Below the pieces are notes generated by a model. The model was not told where the DNA came from. It ran no database searches and worked only from the letters and a program-made list of their open reading frames with translations. The translations under genes and the position numbers were made by a program. Shown piece after piece: positions 1-9,124 of a DNA stretch of 64,000 bases. How positions within the stretch are numbered: the stretch's first letter is position 1; each line of letters opens with the position of its first letter. Where the stretch lies: the NCBI GenBank assembly GCA_965261595.1, contig CBDHDG010000004.1:480001-544000 (forward strand). The letters run 5' to 3'. The DNA is from a bacterium. GTDB lineage: Bacteria; UBA8248; JACPRG01; G963555815.

Positions 1-112
1 CGGCCCGCTCGAAAATGAGCGGGCCGTTCTCCCGAACAGTCTCCATCTGGATGTAGGGGGTCCAAAGAGCCAGGCGATGCGCCTGGTCCAGGTCGGTGAG
101 CGTCCTTGTCAT
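1..112 (-). CDS. Class III PLP aminotransferase, N-terminal part (runs off the window edge)
   Basis: Manual translation MTRTLTDLDQAHRLALWTPYIQMETVRENGPLIFERA resembles the class III N-terminus (LWxPFTQM...PLIxERGEG); GGAGG RBS upstream. Confidence 0.65.
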   Translation of the reverse strand, partial: MTRTLTDLDQAHRLALWTPYIQMETVRENGPLIFERA

Positions 113-184
113 GTTGGCTTGCCTCCAATTCCCAGATGTACGTAAAGAAGTCTTCGTTTCGAAGCTTAAAAATGGCGGCTCCCG

Positions 185-1066
185 TCAGTCGATGGCCTCG
201 CCCGTTGTGCGCTCCAGCTCGGCGATGCGCCCCTGGAGATCGAGGGTGATCGGCCCCGGACATGGAATCAGACGGCCGTCCACTTCCGCGACGCCGTGGA
301 TACGGCTGAAGGAGGAAGTCAAAAAGGCCTCGTCCGCGGTGTAGAGATCGTAGAGGGTGAGGTCGGCCTCCGCCGCCGGGATCCCCTCCCTATCGGCGAT
401 TTCCAGGACAGTCCGTCGCGTGATTCCATCAAGGATGCGTGTCTTTTCCGGAGTCCTGATCATACCCTCTTTTACAATGAAAATATTCTCCCCGGGGGCC
501 TCGGCGATAAAGCCCCGGGTGTCCAACAGAATGGCCTCGTCGTAGCCCGATTCGATCGCCTCGATGCGCGCCAGGACGTTGTTCAGGTAGTTCAGGCTCT
601 TTACGCGCGGCTCGAAGCACTCGGGCGGAACTTTTCGGACGCCCGCCGTCTTCAGCCTGAGACCCCGGCCCTGAACGTCGTAACTCGACCCCGTCTCGGC
701 GGGGGGCGTCGGGTCATGCAGGAGGACGACCAAGGTCGGGGTCTTGACGACCCGGGGGTCCAGGACGGGATAGCCCTCCCCGCGCGAGACGACGACGCGG
801 ATGTAGACGTCCTGGACGCCCGAGCGGCGAGCCGCTTCTTTGACGATCTCGGCAATCCGGTCTTTGGACTCCGGGAGCTCGAGACGAAGCGCCCGCGCGG
901 AGCGCTCCAGTCGGTCCAGGTGGTCCCGAAATTTGAAGAGCCGACCGTCACGGGCGGTCAAACTCTCGAAGACGCCGTCGCCGTAAAGAAAGCCGTGGTC
1001 GAAAGCGGAGACCTTGGCCTCGGCCGCCTCGACGAATTCACCGTTGACGTAGCAGATGAATGCCAT
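185..1066 (-). CDS. ilvE: Class IV aminotransferase (branched-chain/D-amino acid type)
   Basis: FDHGFLYGDGVFE, KSLNYLNN (PLP Lys), EAPGENIF and LDGITR motifs. Confidence 0.85.
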   Translation of the reverse strand: MAFICYVNGEFVEAAEAKVSAFDHGFLYGDGVFESLTARDGRLFKFRDHLDRLERSARALRLELPESKDRIAEIVKEAARRSGVQDVYIRVVVSRGEGYPVLDPRVVKTPTLVVLLHDPTPPAETGSSYDVQGRGLRLKTAGVRKVPPECFEPRVKSLNYLNNVLARIEAIESGYDEAILLDTRGFIAEAPGENIFIVKEGMIRTPEKTRILDGITRRTVLEIADREGIPAAEADLTLYDLYTADEAFLTSSFSRIHGVAEVDGRLIPCPGPITLDLQGRIAELERTTGEAID

Positions 1067-1324
1067 TTAATTCCCAGTGGGGCAGCGGTACGGATTACCG
1101 GCACTACGACACACCCACTCTATACCCGAATGTGATGCAGAGATGAAATCCGTCCTCACACAGAATAATCGATATCAGGGTCGATAAGGAACAGCGCAAA
1201 TTCTCGCCCATATTCAGTCAATCCATAGCTGTCTTCTGCCCCAAGTCTACCAATGGTCTCCCCCGCTCTAGGGTTTTGTTGGACACTCGATTGATCCATG
1301 ATTCATGGAGAAAGGGGTGTCGCG

Positions 1325-1711
1325 ATGAACGAACAAAAGCAAGAGGGGGCTTTGGCGGAGGGCGCCCGCAGGGCGAACGGAGCCAAGGCCCCAGGGCATC
1401 GCAGTGAGCGGGGTCGGTTCTCCTGCCAGCGCAAGCGGGAGGCGGTCCTGCGTCTTTTGCGGGGCGAGAGCCTGGAGACGCTCTGCCGCGAGTTGGGCAC
1501 GACAGCGGCTCGGCTTTCCGCCTGGCGCGAGGCGTTCCTTCGCGGGGGCGAGGCGGCGCTCAAAGCCCGCCCGGCGGATGAGCGGGACGAGGAGAACGCC
1601 CGGCTCAAGGCCAAGGTGGGCGAACTCACGATGGAGGGCGAGGTCCTGCGGGAGAAGATCGACCGCCTGGAGGCCGGCCGCCCTTTAGCCGGCAGGAGGT
1701 GGAGGCGATGA
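1325..1711 (+). CDS. IS3 transposase OrfA (HTH plus coiled coil)
   Basis: RFS.QRKREAVLRLLRGESLE..CRELG...LSAWR HTH; RLKAKVGELTME zipper. Confidence 0.9.
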   Translation: MNEQKQEGALAEGARRANGAKAPGHRSERGRFSCQRKREAVLRLLRGESLETLCRELGTTAARLSAWREAFLRGGEAALKARPADERDEENARLKAKVGELTMEGEVLREKIDRLEAGRPLAGRRWRR

Positions 1712-2616
1712 GTCAGGCCCGCTTCACCTCCACGGGCAGAGCCTACGGCCTGAAGCGGGTGTGCGCCCTTTGGGGCTTGGCGCGCTCCACGGTCTACGCG
1801 CAACGGCGGCGAGAGGCGGTCCCCGTTCATGAACGCCCCACGCCCAATAAGCGCGGCCCTGTGGGCCCGTGCACCGATGCGGAACTCCTCGGCCACATCC
1901 GGCAGGTCCTGGAGGACTCTCCCTTCCATGGCGAGGGCTACCGCAAGGTGTGGGCGAGGCTGCGCTTCGCGGGCATCCGCACCAGCAAGGAGCGGGTGCG
2001 TCGCCTGATGCGGGAGGCGGGGCTTCAGGCCCCCCACCGGGTGGGCAAACCCCGAGGTCCCAAGGCCCACAACGGGACCATCCGCACCGAGCGGCCCGAC
2101 CGAATGTGGGGCACGGACATGACGACGACGGTGACCACCGAGGAGGGGATGGCCTCGGTGTTCGTGGCGGTGGATCACTGCTCGGTGGACTGCGTGGGGA
2201 TCCATGCGGCCAAGAGCGGCAACCGCTTCGAGGCCCTGGAGCCGATCCGGCAGGGGGTCGCCGAGCGCTTCGCCGGCTTGGAGGCGGACGTCGCCGAGGG
2301 GCTTAAAGTTCGTCACGACCACGGCCCCGCCTATCTGTCCGATGACTTTCAGCGGGAGATCGCCTACCTGGGCATGACCAGTTCGCCCAGCTTCGTGCGG
2401 GCGCCCGAGGGAAATGGCTACTGTGAGTGGTTTATCCGCATCTTGAAGGAGAATCTCCTGTGGGTGCGCTCTTTCGCCACCGTAGAGGAACTGCGGTGGG
2501 CGCTGCTTGAGTTCAAGAACCTGTACAACCATCATTGGATTCTCGAGGGCTACGGCTACCGAACGCCGGCCCAGGCAAGGCAGGAAAAACTCGCTCAAGT
2601 TGCGGAGGCCGCATGA
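1699..2616 (+). CDS. IS3 transposase OrfB (DDE integrase core)
   Basis: GYRKV, WGTDMT, HDHG and NGYCE..IRILK; in -1 frame relative to OrfA. Confidence 0.92.
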   Translation: MEAMSQARFTSTGRAYGLKRVCALWGLARSTVYAQRRREAVPVHERPTPNKRGPVGPCTDAELLGHIRQVLEDSPFHGEGYRKVWARLRFAGIRTSKERVRRLMREAGLQAPHRVGKPRGPKAHNGTIRTERPDRMWGTDMTTTVTTEEGMASVFVAVDHCSVDCVGIHAAKSGNRFEALEPIRQGVAERFAGLEADVAEGLKVRHDHGPAYLSDDFQREIAYLGMTSSPSFVRAPEGNGYCEWFIRILKENLLWVRSFATVEELRWALLEFKNLYNHHWILEGYGYRTPAQARQEKLAQVAEAA

Positions 2617-3354
2617 GGTCGAATACCCTCACCCGAGTGTCCAATAACCCAGGGGCGGTCCAGGTCCAATCGTAAGTAACACCAAACCGCATCAATTCCT
2701 GGGCATACGCCAGGAGGCGTGACACAGAAATCTCAAGCAATTTTAAGAGTTCGCCGGATTTCACGTGGTCACAATTATTTGCCTTGTCTTCTTCTGTAAA
2801 ATCTTTGCCCTATCGTAAATACAACGGAAAAGCGCTATGTGATCGAGACTAAGATCAGAAACGATACGTATGAACCCTTCTTTATATGGAGTTCGTGAAT
2901 TCTCGAGAAATGCCGAATGAACAAAAATGTTAGCAAAAAGTTTAATCTTTTCTTCTTCATAAGCCCTCGCGTTGCGGGTCAGAATCTCAAATAAAAGTGA
3001 TGCGAACTCATCGGATTCTACGAAGCTCTTGTCGAGTTTAGAGAGATCTAGACGATTGACCCTTTCTTTAACCTCTTCGGCAAACCGCTTCGAGTTTCCT
3101 TCAGCGATCTTGGCCGCTCGCGCACTTAGTACCGATACTGCGGCGGTGCCAAAGAAAGGTACGAGCGATAGGCCACCATCCATCAATCCCTTCCATACAG
3201 GCGATTTAGAGAGTGCTTCGTTAATATCATCGAGCCTCGATGTAAACCGCTTTTTAATAAATTTGTCTTCTCCGCCCACCCATCTACCCCCAACCCTTCA
3301 ATCCAAAACAAGGCGAATTCTGGGTCACTTATCTCGTACGTTTCGAAACCTGCG

Positions 3355-4110
3355 CTATATCGCGCACCAGCCGTCGTCCACGATGAGGTCGAGGCCGTGG
3401 ACGGCCCGGGCGTCGTCGGAGGCGAGGAAGACGGCCGCGCCGGCTATCTCTTCAGTGGAGATGTACGCCCGGTTGGTCGGGGTGAAAGACTCCAACATCT
3501 TCACGAACCCGGGGTTGTCCTGAAGATGCTGATTCAGCGGGGTCGCCGTGTTGCCCGGGGAGATGGCGTTGACGTTGATCCCGAATTGCGAGATTTCAGC
3601 CGCCAGGGCCTTGGTGATGAGGAGCACGCCGCCCTTGCTGGCGCAATAGGGCACCGCGTTCGGGAAGGCGACGCTCCCGGCGATGGAGGCCACGAAGATG
3701 ATCTTCCCGAACCGTTTCTCCTTCATGATTGGCACGACCGCCTGGGCCGTCAGGAAGGCCCCTTTCAGGTTGATGTCGATCATTGTGTCCCACTCTTCTT
3801 CGGTGTACTCCTCGATGACCTTGTTGATCATACGGCCGGCGTTGCTGACGAGGATGTCCACCGTCCCGAATTCCTTCACGACGCTTTCAACCAAGGATTC
3901 GACATCGGACTTCTTCGACACATCGCACCGCATGGCCGCGGCCGTTCCGCCCCCGGCCGCAATCTTCTCCGCGACCCGCTGTCCAAGCTCCGGCCTGCCG
4001 TGATTGACGACGACAACCTTCGCGCCCTCCCGGGCGTACGCCTGACAGACGGCCTCGCCGATCCCCTGAGAGCCGCCGGTTACAATGGCGACTTTGTCTT
4101 TCAGCTTCAT
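3355..4110 (-). CDS. Short-chain dehydrogenase/reductase
   Basis: TGGSQGIG, NAG, YCASK and NAISPG motifs. Confidence 0.9.
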   Translation of the reverse strand: MKLKDKVAIVTGGSQGIGEAVCQAYAREGAKVVVVNHGRPELGQRVAEKIAAGGGTAAAMRCDVSKKSDVESLVESVVKEFGTVDILVSNAGRMINKVIEEYTEEEWDTMIDINLKGAFLTAQAVVPIMKEKRFGKIIFVASIAGSVAFPNAVPYCASKGGVLLITKALAAEISQFGINVNAISPGNTATPLNQHLQDNPGFVKMLESFTPTNRAYISTEEIAGAAVFLASDDARAVHGLDLIVDDGWCAI

Positions 4111-4224
4111 GGTCAATCCCCTCTTCTGAGCGCCAACCCCGACCCCCGTGGTTTTCCCAAGAACCTCACCAGACATGCACCCCGCCATCCGTTGAAGGGT
4201 CATCCGTCGGCCGGCTAAAAAGCG

Positions 4225-4304
4225 GGGCGGGTACAGAGCCCCGCCCCTACATTTCAGGGAGCGCTACGTGTTTGGCGTTTAGGGGCGGGGCTCTGTACAC
4301 GCCC
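4225..4304. repeat. Inverted doublet of GTAG-type REPs (REPIN-like)
   Basis: GGGCGGGTACAGAGCCCCGCCCCTAC (4225-4250) and TTAGGGGCGGGGCTCTGTACACGCCC (4279-4304) are near reverse complements. Confidence 0.75.
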
Positions 4305-4342
4305 AAATTTACTCCGCAAGGCAAATCATCAGTCCTTGCCCC

Positions 4343-6178
4343 TTACCGGGCCTGTGGCCCGACCGGCGCTTTCCGAAGCGCGGCCGTGGCCGGCATGTCG
4401 ATCTTTCCTCCGTTATCGAAAACGACGCCGTAAACCTCGCGGGCGCGCTTCCGGGTGATCCAGCCCTCCTCCACGTCGTGGCCAACCTTCTCCGGCGGCC
4501 GTTCATGGGGAGGGCCGTAGCCGCCCCCGCCAGCGGTGTAGGAGATGACAGTCTCGCCCGGCTCGAGGATGATGTTGGCGCACGCTGGCAGCTCTTCGAG
4601 CTCTCCGTCCGCCGTCCGGCGGTAGTTCCGGATCTTGGAGCCGTCCCCGCCCCCCAGCGTGCCTTTGGCGTTGTTGATGGCGCCGTCGGCGATATAGGCC
4701 ACTTCGAGCTTTCCTCCACCCAGCGGCCCGTATTCGCACAGCCCCGCCGGCGCGCCCGTGGTCCGGCCCGCCCCTTCGGTGTCGGGGACGAGACGCCGCG
4801 TCTTGACGAGAATCGGGAAGTGAAGCTCATCCAACTCCACGCTGTCGATGAAGCACAGACCCGAATTCCCGGCATGGCAGATCGTGAGCCAGGCGTCCGT
4901 TTTCGCGGCGCCCGCGCCTCCGGTGTCCAGCATGAAGATTTGGTTGACGAACGGGGCGTTGTCGTTCCGGGGATCGAAGCCCGAGATGACGCCCATGGAA
5001 GCGGGGAAAAAGGGGCCGCACTCCGCAAGGCCCAGTCCGTCCCGGATCATCGAGAACGCCCGCTGAACGGGGTTGGTCACGCGGTCGGCCAGGTTCGTGG
5101 TCGCGACGGACATGCTGGTCGGATGGGTTCCGCCCCCGGCGATGCATCCCTCGCGGATGTGCACGCGGATTCGCCGGAAGCTGCCGGCGTTGGTCGGAAC
5201 CTCGTCCTCGATGCTGTTGAAGACGGCAATCATGGCGGCCGTCCGCGCGCAGGCCTCGCTGAGGTTGAGGCCGCAGGGCATGGCGTCGGGGTTGTCGGTG
5301 AGGTGCACGTCGATCAGTGCGTTCACGCTGTCGATCTTCACCTTCACCTGAATGGGGACTCCCTCGGGCGGGGTGCCGGGCACCGGGTCATGAACGCTGA
5401 CGGCGGCGGCCTCGCCGCTCGGCAGCTTCCCGATGGCGGAGACCATGACCTTCTCGCTGTAGTCGAACCACTCGGCCGTGAAGGCGTGCAGCGTCTCCCA
5501 GCCGACCTCCTTCGCCATCGCCAGGACCTCGCGCTCGCCGATCCGCGCCGCGCCCACCATAGCCAGGAAATCGCCCCGCCACTGCTCGGGGACCCGGATG
5601 CGCATCTCGCACATCCGGATGATGTCGGAGAGCTCCTCGTAGTCCTCTTCCACCTTGACCGCCGGAAAGATGAGCGCGCCTTCTTCGTAGACGTCGCGCG
5701 CGTGGCCCATGTAGGTCGTCGGCAGGGAGTTGCCGCAGTCCGCCTGGTGCGCCTTCACCCAGACGGTGAAGTGATGAGTCCCCTTCCCGTCGATGACCGG
5801 GACGAGGATGGTGTGGTCCGCCGGGTGGGAACAGCCGTGGTAGGGCGAGTTGTGCAGGAAGGCGTCCCCCCGCTTCAGCTCGGGATGGATGTCCATCATC
5901 GCCCGGGCCATGAGGTCCGCGCCGCTCAGGACGTGTATGGGAAGGGTCTCGGCGCCGGTGAGGAGCTCGCAGTCCCGCGTGACGATGCTGGTCGAGAAGT
6001 CCTTCGCGACGTTGAGAACCCCCGACCGTCCGGTGCGGAACAGGGTGTTCGCCATCTTCGACGTCACGGCGTCGAACCGCTTGCTCAGAACGGCCAGCGT
6101 GACCGGATCGATCCCCGCGCGTCTTCCGCGCCGGACCCGGGGCGTCGGCGTCTTTTTCGCCAATCGTGCTTTCGGCAT
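4343..6178 (-). CDS. hyuB: Hydantoinase B / oxoprolinase family protein
   Basis: IDPVTLAVL, KDFSTSI, NSPYHGCSHPAD, HQADCG, GAGR and GGGGYGPP motifs. Confidence 0.88.
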   Translation of the reverse strand: MPKARLAKKTPTPRVRRGRRAGIDPVTLAVLSKRFDAVTSKMANTLFRTGRSGVLNVAKDFSTSIVTRDCELLTGAETLPIHVLSGADLMARAMMDIHPELKRGDAFLHNSPYHGCSHPADHTILVPVIDGKGTHHFTVWVKAHQADCGNSLPTTYMGHARDVYEEGALIFPAVKVEEDYEELSDIIRMCEMRIRVPEQWRGDFLAMVGAARIGEREVLAMAKEVGWETLHAFTAEWFDYSEKVMVSAIGKLPSGEAAAVSVHDPVPGTPPEGVPIQVKVKIDSVNALIDVHLTDNPDAMPCGLNLSEACARTAAMIAVFNSIEDEVPTNAGSFRRIRVHIREGCIAGGGTHPTSMSVATTNLADRVTNPVQRAFSMIRDGLGLAECGPFFPASMGVISGFDPRNDNAPFVNQIFMLDTGGAGAAKTDAWLTICHAGNSGLCFIDSVELDELHFPILVKTRRLVPDTEGAGRTTGAPAGLCEYGPLGGGKLEVAYIADGAINNAKGTLGGGDGSKIRNYRRTADGELEELPACANIILEPGETVISYTAGGGGYGPPHERPPEKVGHDVEEGWITRKRAREVYGVVFDNGGKIDMPATAALRKAPVGPQAR

Positions 6179-6248
6179 GCGTTGCACCTTTCAGGGTTCT
6201 TCCACCGTCGTGTCTCGCGTGCGCTTTGACTCATAGAGTCCGCACCGT

Positions 6249-6453
6249 CCATCCCGCCGGGCAGGGGGTCCACCGACCCAAACGCCCGGCCTGCCCATCG
6301 ATGAAAAAACGGTCTTTCCAACCGGCGGCGCGGGCATCCCGCCCGCCATCCATTTCCGGCCGGGCAAGGGTCCGCCGACCCAAACACCGGGCGCCCGTCG
6401 GTCGAATTCCGGGATTCCTGACAGGTAGGGCGGGCATCCTGCCCGCCATCCAT
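6249..6453. repeat. Two ~100-bp direct repeat units, each with a GTAG-type palindrome
   Basis: CCGGGCA.GGGTCC.CCGACCCAAAC at ~6257 and ~6360; GCGGGCATCC.GCCCGCCATCCAT at ~6330 and ~6430. Confidence 0.7.
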
Positions 6454-6502
6454 CGGTGATCGGGCGCGCGGACTTTTGAGTGTCTCCTCCCCCCCTCTGC
6501 GC

Positions 6503-8563
6503 CTAAGGCGTGATGACCAGCGTCCCGCTCTTCTTGCGGACCGCCTTCGCGCCGGGGTCGATGACGACGGTCGTGAATGGGGACTCGATAATCGCGGGTC
6601 CTCGAATGGCAACGTCGCGCTTCATCGTCTCGAACAACTCGACGCGGGCCTTCACAGAGCCCGTTTCACTGAAATAGGCCCGGCGCGTTGAAGAGACTTT
6701 GACAACCTTCTCATGGCCGAGCCGCCCCAAATCCCCTTTGCGCAACCCGCAACGCGCCTCGGCCCGCCAACCGACGAATTCCACCTCGGAGCCGGGGTCG
6801 CGGAAGGCGAACACCTCCTCGTGCGCCCGGTCGAATTCCTCCCGCGCGCGGGCGACGTCCGCCTTCGACCGGAAACGCCGGATTGACAGGGGCAGGTCGA
6901 TTTCCCAGATCTGATGACGGTACCGCGCCTCGGCGTACAGGTTGATGGCATGATCGACCGCGCCCTTCCCCGCGCTTTTGATGAACGCCCGACATTTCTC
7001 CCGCAAGGTTTTCAAAACGCCGTTCACACCGCTGAAGTCGAAGTTGTCCGTGGCCGAATAATAGAGCGCCCGGTGATCGGCCCGCAGCTCGGACATGAGG
7101 GCCCCGGCGGCGGACAGGGCCGCGCCCACCTCCGGAATCAGCAGGGTCTTGCATCCCAGCCGCCGGGCGATGGCCACCGAGTTGATCCCCGCGGCGCCTC
7201 CGCCCCCGACGAGGACGGCGGCGCGCGGGTCGATCCCCTGGTTGATGGTGATCTCCTCGATGGCGCTCACCATGTTCGCCGTGGCCAGACGGAGAATGGC
7301 CGAGGCCGCTTCCGGAAGGCCAAGGCCCAGCGGCGCGGCCACGTCCCGCTCGATGGCTTCGGCGGCCGGCCCCGCTTCGAGCGTCATTGTTCCACCCAGG
7401 AAGAAGGCCGGGTCGATGTACCCCAGGACGAGGGCGGCATCGGTGACGGTGGAACGCCTTCCCCCCTTGCCGTAGCAGGCCGGCCCCGGGACCGCGCCCG
7501 CGCTGGCGGGCCCCACGTGCAACAGCCCCCCTTCATCTACCCGGGCGATGCTCCCGCCGCCCGCGCCGATGCTCTTCACGTCCACGGAGGGAAACCCGAC
7601 GATGTGGCCCCGGTAGCGTTGCCCCAGCCAGGTTTCCGGCGTCGTGGGGATGACGTCTCTGCGGACCAGGCTGATGTCGAACGTCGTCCCTCCGGTGTCC
7701 GCTACGATCGCCGTGTCGGAGGCGGCGTCGGCGCGGGCGTAGTGACGCCCGGCGATGGGGGCCATGGAGGGACCGGAGCCGATGGCGTGAATGGGGGCCT
7801 TGGCCATCTCGTCCGCGTCCATCACCCCGCCCCGCGAGGTCAAGATCAAAAGCCGGCCCTCGAACCCCGCCGCCCGCAACCGGGTCGACAGCCCGATGAG
7901 ATAGCGCGACATGAGCGGCTTGAGGGAGGCGTCCATACAGGCCGAGGAGGCGCGCCGGTATTCGCGGAGGATCGGATTGAGGACGTGGGAAAGCGTCACG
8001 GGGACGCCCGGAAGATGGGCCTCCAAGAGGCGGCCGACGCGCTCCTCGTGGTCCGGGTTGACGGTGGACCAGAGAAGGGACACGGCCACGGCCTCCACCT
8101 TCAAGGCCCGCAACCGGCCGATGATGTCGATCACCGCTTGCTCCTCAAAAGGCTCGACGACCCGGCCGTCGGAGGCGATGCGCCCGGGGACCTCGAATGT
8201 CAACGCGCGGGGAACGTAAGGCTTCGGGAAGGGAACGGAGAAATTAAAAGGCTCGATTCGGCCCCCTTCGCGCAGAACCAGGACGTCGGGATGACCCCGC
8301 GTTGTGAGGAAGGCGGTTCGGGCGGCGGCGCCGGTGATGACGGCGTTGATGGCGTGCGTGGTGCCGTGGATGAAGAGGTTTCCGCCGGCCAGCAGATCCT
8401 CAGGGGTGGTCGACATGCTCTCGGCCGCGGCGTGAACGGCGTCCATAATGCCCTCCACCGGATCATGCGGGGTGGTGGGGGTCTTGAACATGTGGAGGAC
8501 GCCCCGGCCGTCTTCGATAAGCAGATCGGTGAAGGTGCCGCCGGTGTCCACAGCGAAGCGCAT
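6503..8563 (-). CDS. hyuA: Hydantoinase A / oxoprolinase family protein
   Basis: DTGGTFTD, HGTT, DTGGTTFD, IGAGGGS and GPASAGAVPGPACYG motifs. Confidence 0.9.
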   Translation of the reverse strand: MRFAVDTGGTFTDLLIEDGRGVLHMFKTPTTPHDPVEGIMDAVHAAAESMSTTPEDLLAGGNLFIHGTTHAINAVITGAAARTAFLTTRGHPDVLVLREGGRIEPFNFSVPFPKPYVPRALTFEVPGRIASDGRVVEPFEEQAVIDIIGRLRALKVEAVAVSLLWSTVNPDHEERVGRLLEAHLPGVPVTLSHVLNPILREYRRASSACMDASLKPLMSRYLIGLSTRLRAAGFEGRLLILTSRGGVMDADEMAKAPIHAIGSGPSMAPIAGRHYARADAASDTAIVADTGGTTFDISLVRRDVIPTTPETWLGQRYRGHIVGFPSVDVKSIGAGGGSIARVDEGGLLHVGPASAGAVPGPACYGKGGRRSTVTDAALVLGYIDPAFFLGGTMTLEAGPAAEAIERDVAAPLGLGLPEAASAILRLATANMVSAIEEITINQGIDPRAAVLVGGGGAAGINSVAIARRLGCKTLLIPEVGAALSAAGALMSELRADHRALYYSATDNFDFSGVNGVLKTLREKCRAFIKSAGKGAVDHAINLYAEARYRHQIWEIDLPLSIRRFRSKADVARAREEFDRAHEEVFAFRDPGSEVEFVGWRAEARCGLRKGDLGRLGHEKVVKVSSTRRAYFSETGSVKARVELFETMKRDVAIRGPAIIESPFTTVVIDPGAKAVRKKSGTLVITP

Positions 8564-8943
8564 GGATCACGTCCTCTCCGAAACCGGCTTCATAAAGCAG
8601 GCCCGGGCGATCCGGTTCTTCCCAAGCGTGATCCCGAATGTCCGGTTCTATGTGTCACTCAGTATCAACCCGGTCCGAAGACACGCGGACGACTGGCCCT
8701 GTGGGCCGAAATCAGATCGACTCTTGGGAACAAATGTTGATTGGTAAATTCAGAAGCAAATCTTCGCGCATCTGGAATATCGGGTCAAGGGGGAGGGATT
8801 CTGAATTCGGCTGAATCCCGTGTCTGGGTCCGCCCATTCGCACCGGCGTCCGGCGTCCTCGGGATGCGACCCCACCCCCGGTTTGGCCGGATCCCTGTTC
8901 CGGAATTCTCAGGAAATATAAGAGTATCAAGCGAAATTCACTG

Positions 8944-8972
8944 TTGACAAGGTTATGAGGGTGTATTACATT
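8944..8972 (+). promoter_or_regulatory. sigma70-like promoter upstream of the HD-GYP gene
   Basis: TTGACA-17 bp-TACATT. Confidence 0.6.
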
Positions 8973-9124
8973 TATAAATGTATCTATATTGTTACAAGTG
9001 GAATTCATCGAAAATTCATTCATCTAACCCTCTGGGAGACCCTTGGCGTCTCCCCAATAAGTTGCGGACTCATACGTTGCTCATCCGAATCAAGACAGAT
9101 ACAAAAAATGGCGCGGTCGAAGTT

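Larger units (their letters stand above)
1259..2662 (+). mobile_element. IS3-family insertion sequence, copy 1 (1404 bp, TSD GGTC)
   Basis: Imperfect IRs sharing TTGGACACTCG; GGTC at 1255-1258 and 2663-2666; orfA/orfB layout. Confidence 0.95.
1156..3279 (-). pseudogene. Abi-alpha/DUF4393-like low-GC gene, frameshifted near 2800 and split by IS3 copy 1
   Basis: Removing the IS and one GGTC joins ...GVTYDWT to IGRLGAEDSYGLTEYGREFALFLIDPDIDYSV* (stop at 1156); family assignment is from motif resemblance only. Confidence 0.6.

Noticed and set aside
1..40. Hairpin CGGCCCGCTC-GAAAAT-GAGCGGGCCG at the window start as a terminator
   Set aside because: It lies within the class III aminotransferase coding sequence and has no U-tract.
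1303..2598. 431-aa antisense ORF in every IS3 copy
   Set aside because: Shadow frame of a GC-rich transposase; its recurrence only reflects copy identity.
6249..6453. Possible mini-CRISPR array
   Set aside because: Only two degenerate periods, REP-like palindromes and no cas genes.
4478..8740. Long plus-strand ORFs (583 and 608 aa) opposite hyuB/hyuA, and similar ones opposite the xdh, lpdA and HEAT genes
   Set aside because: Antisense shadows caused by high GC3, with no recognisable motifs.
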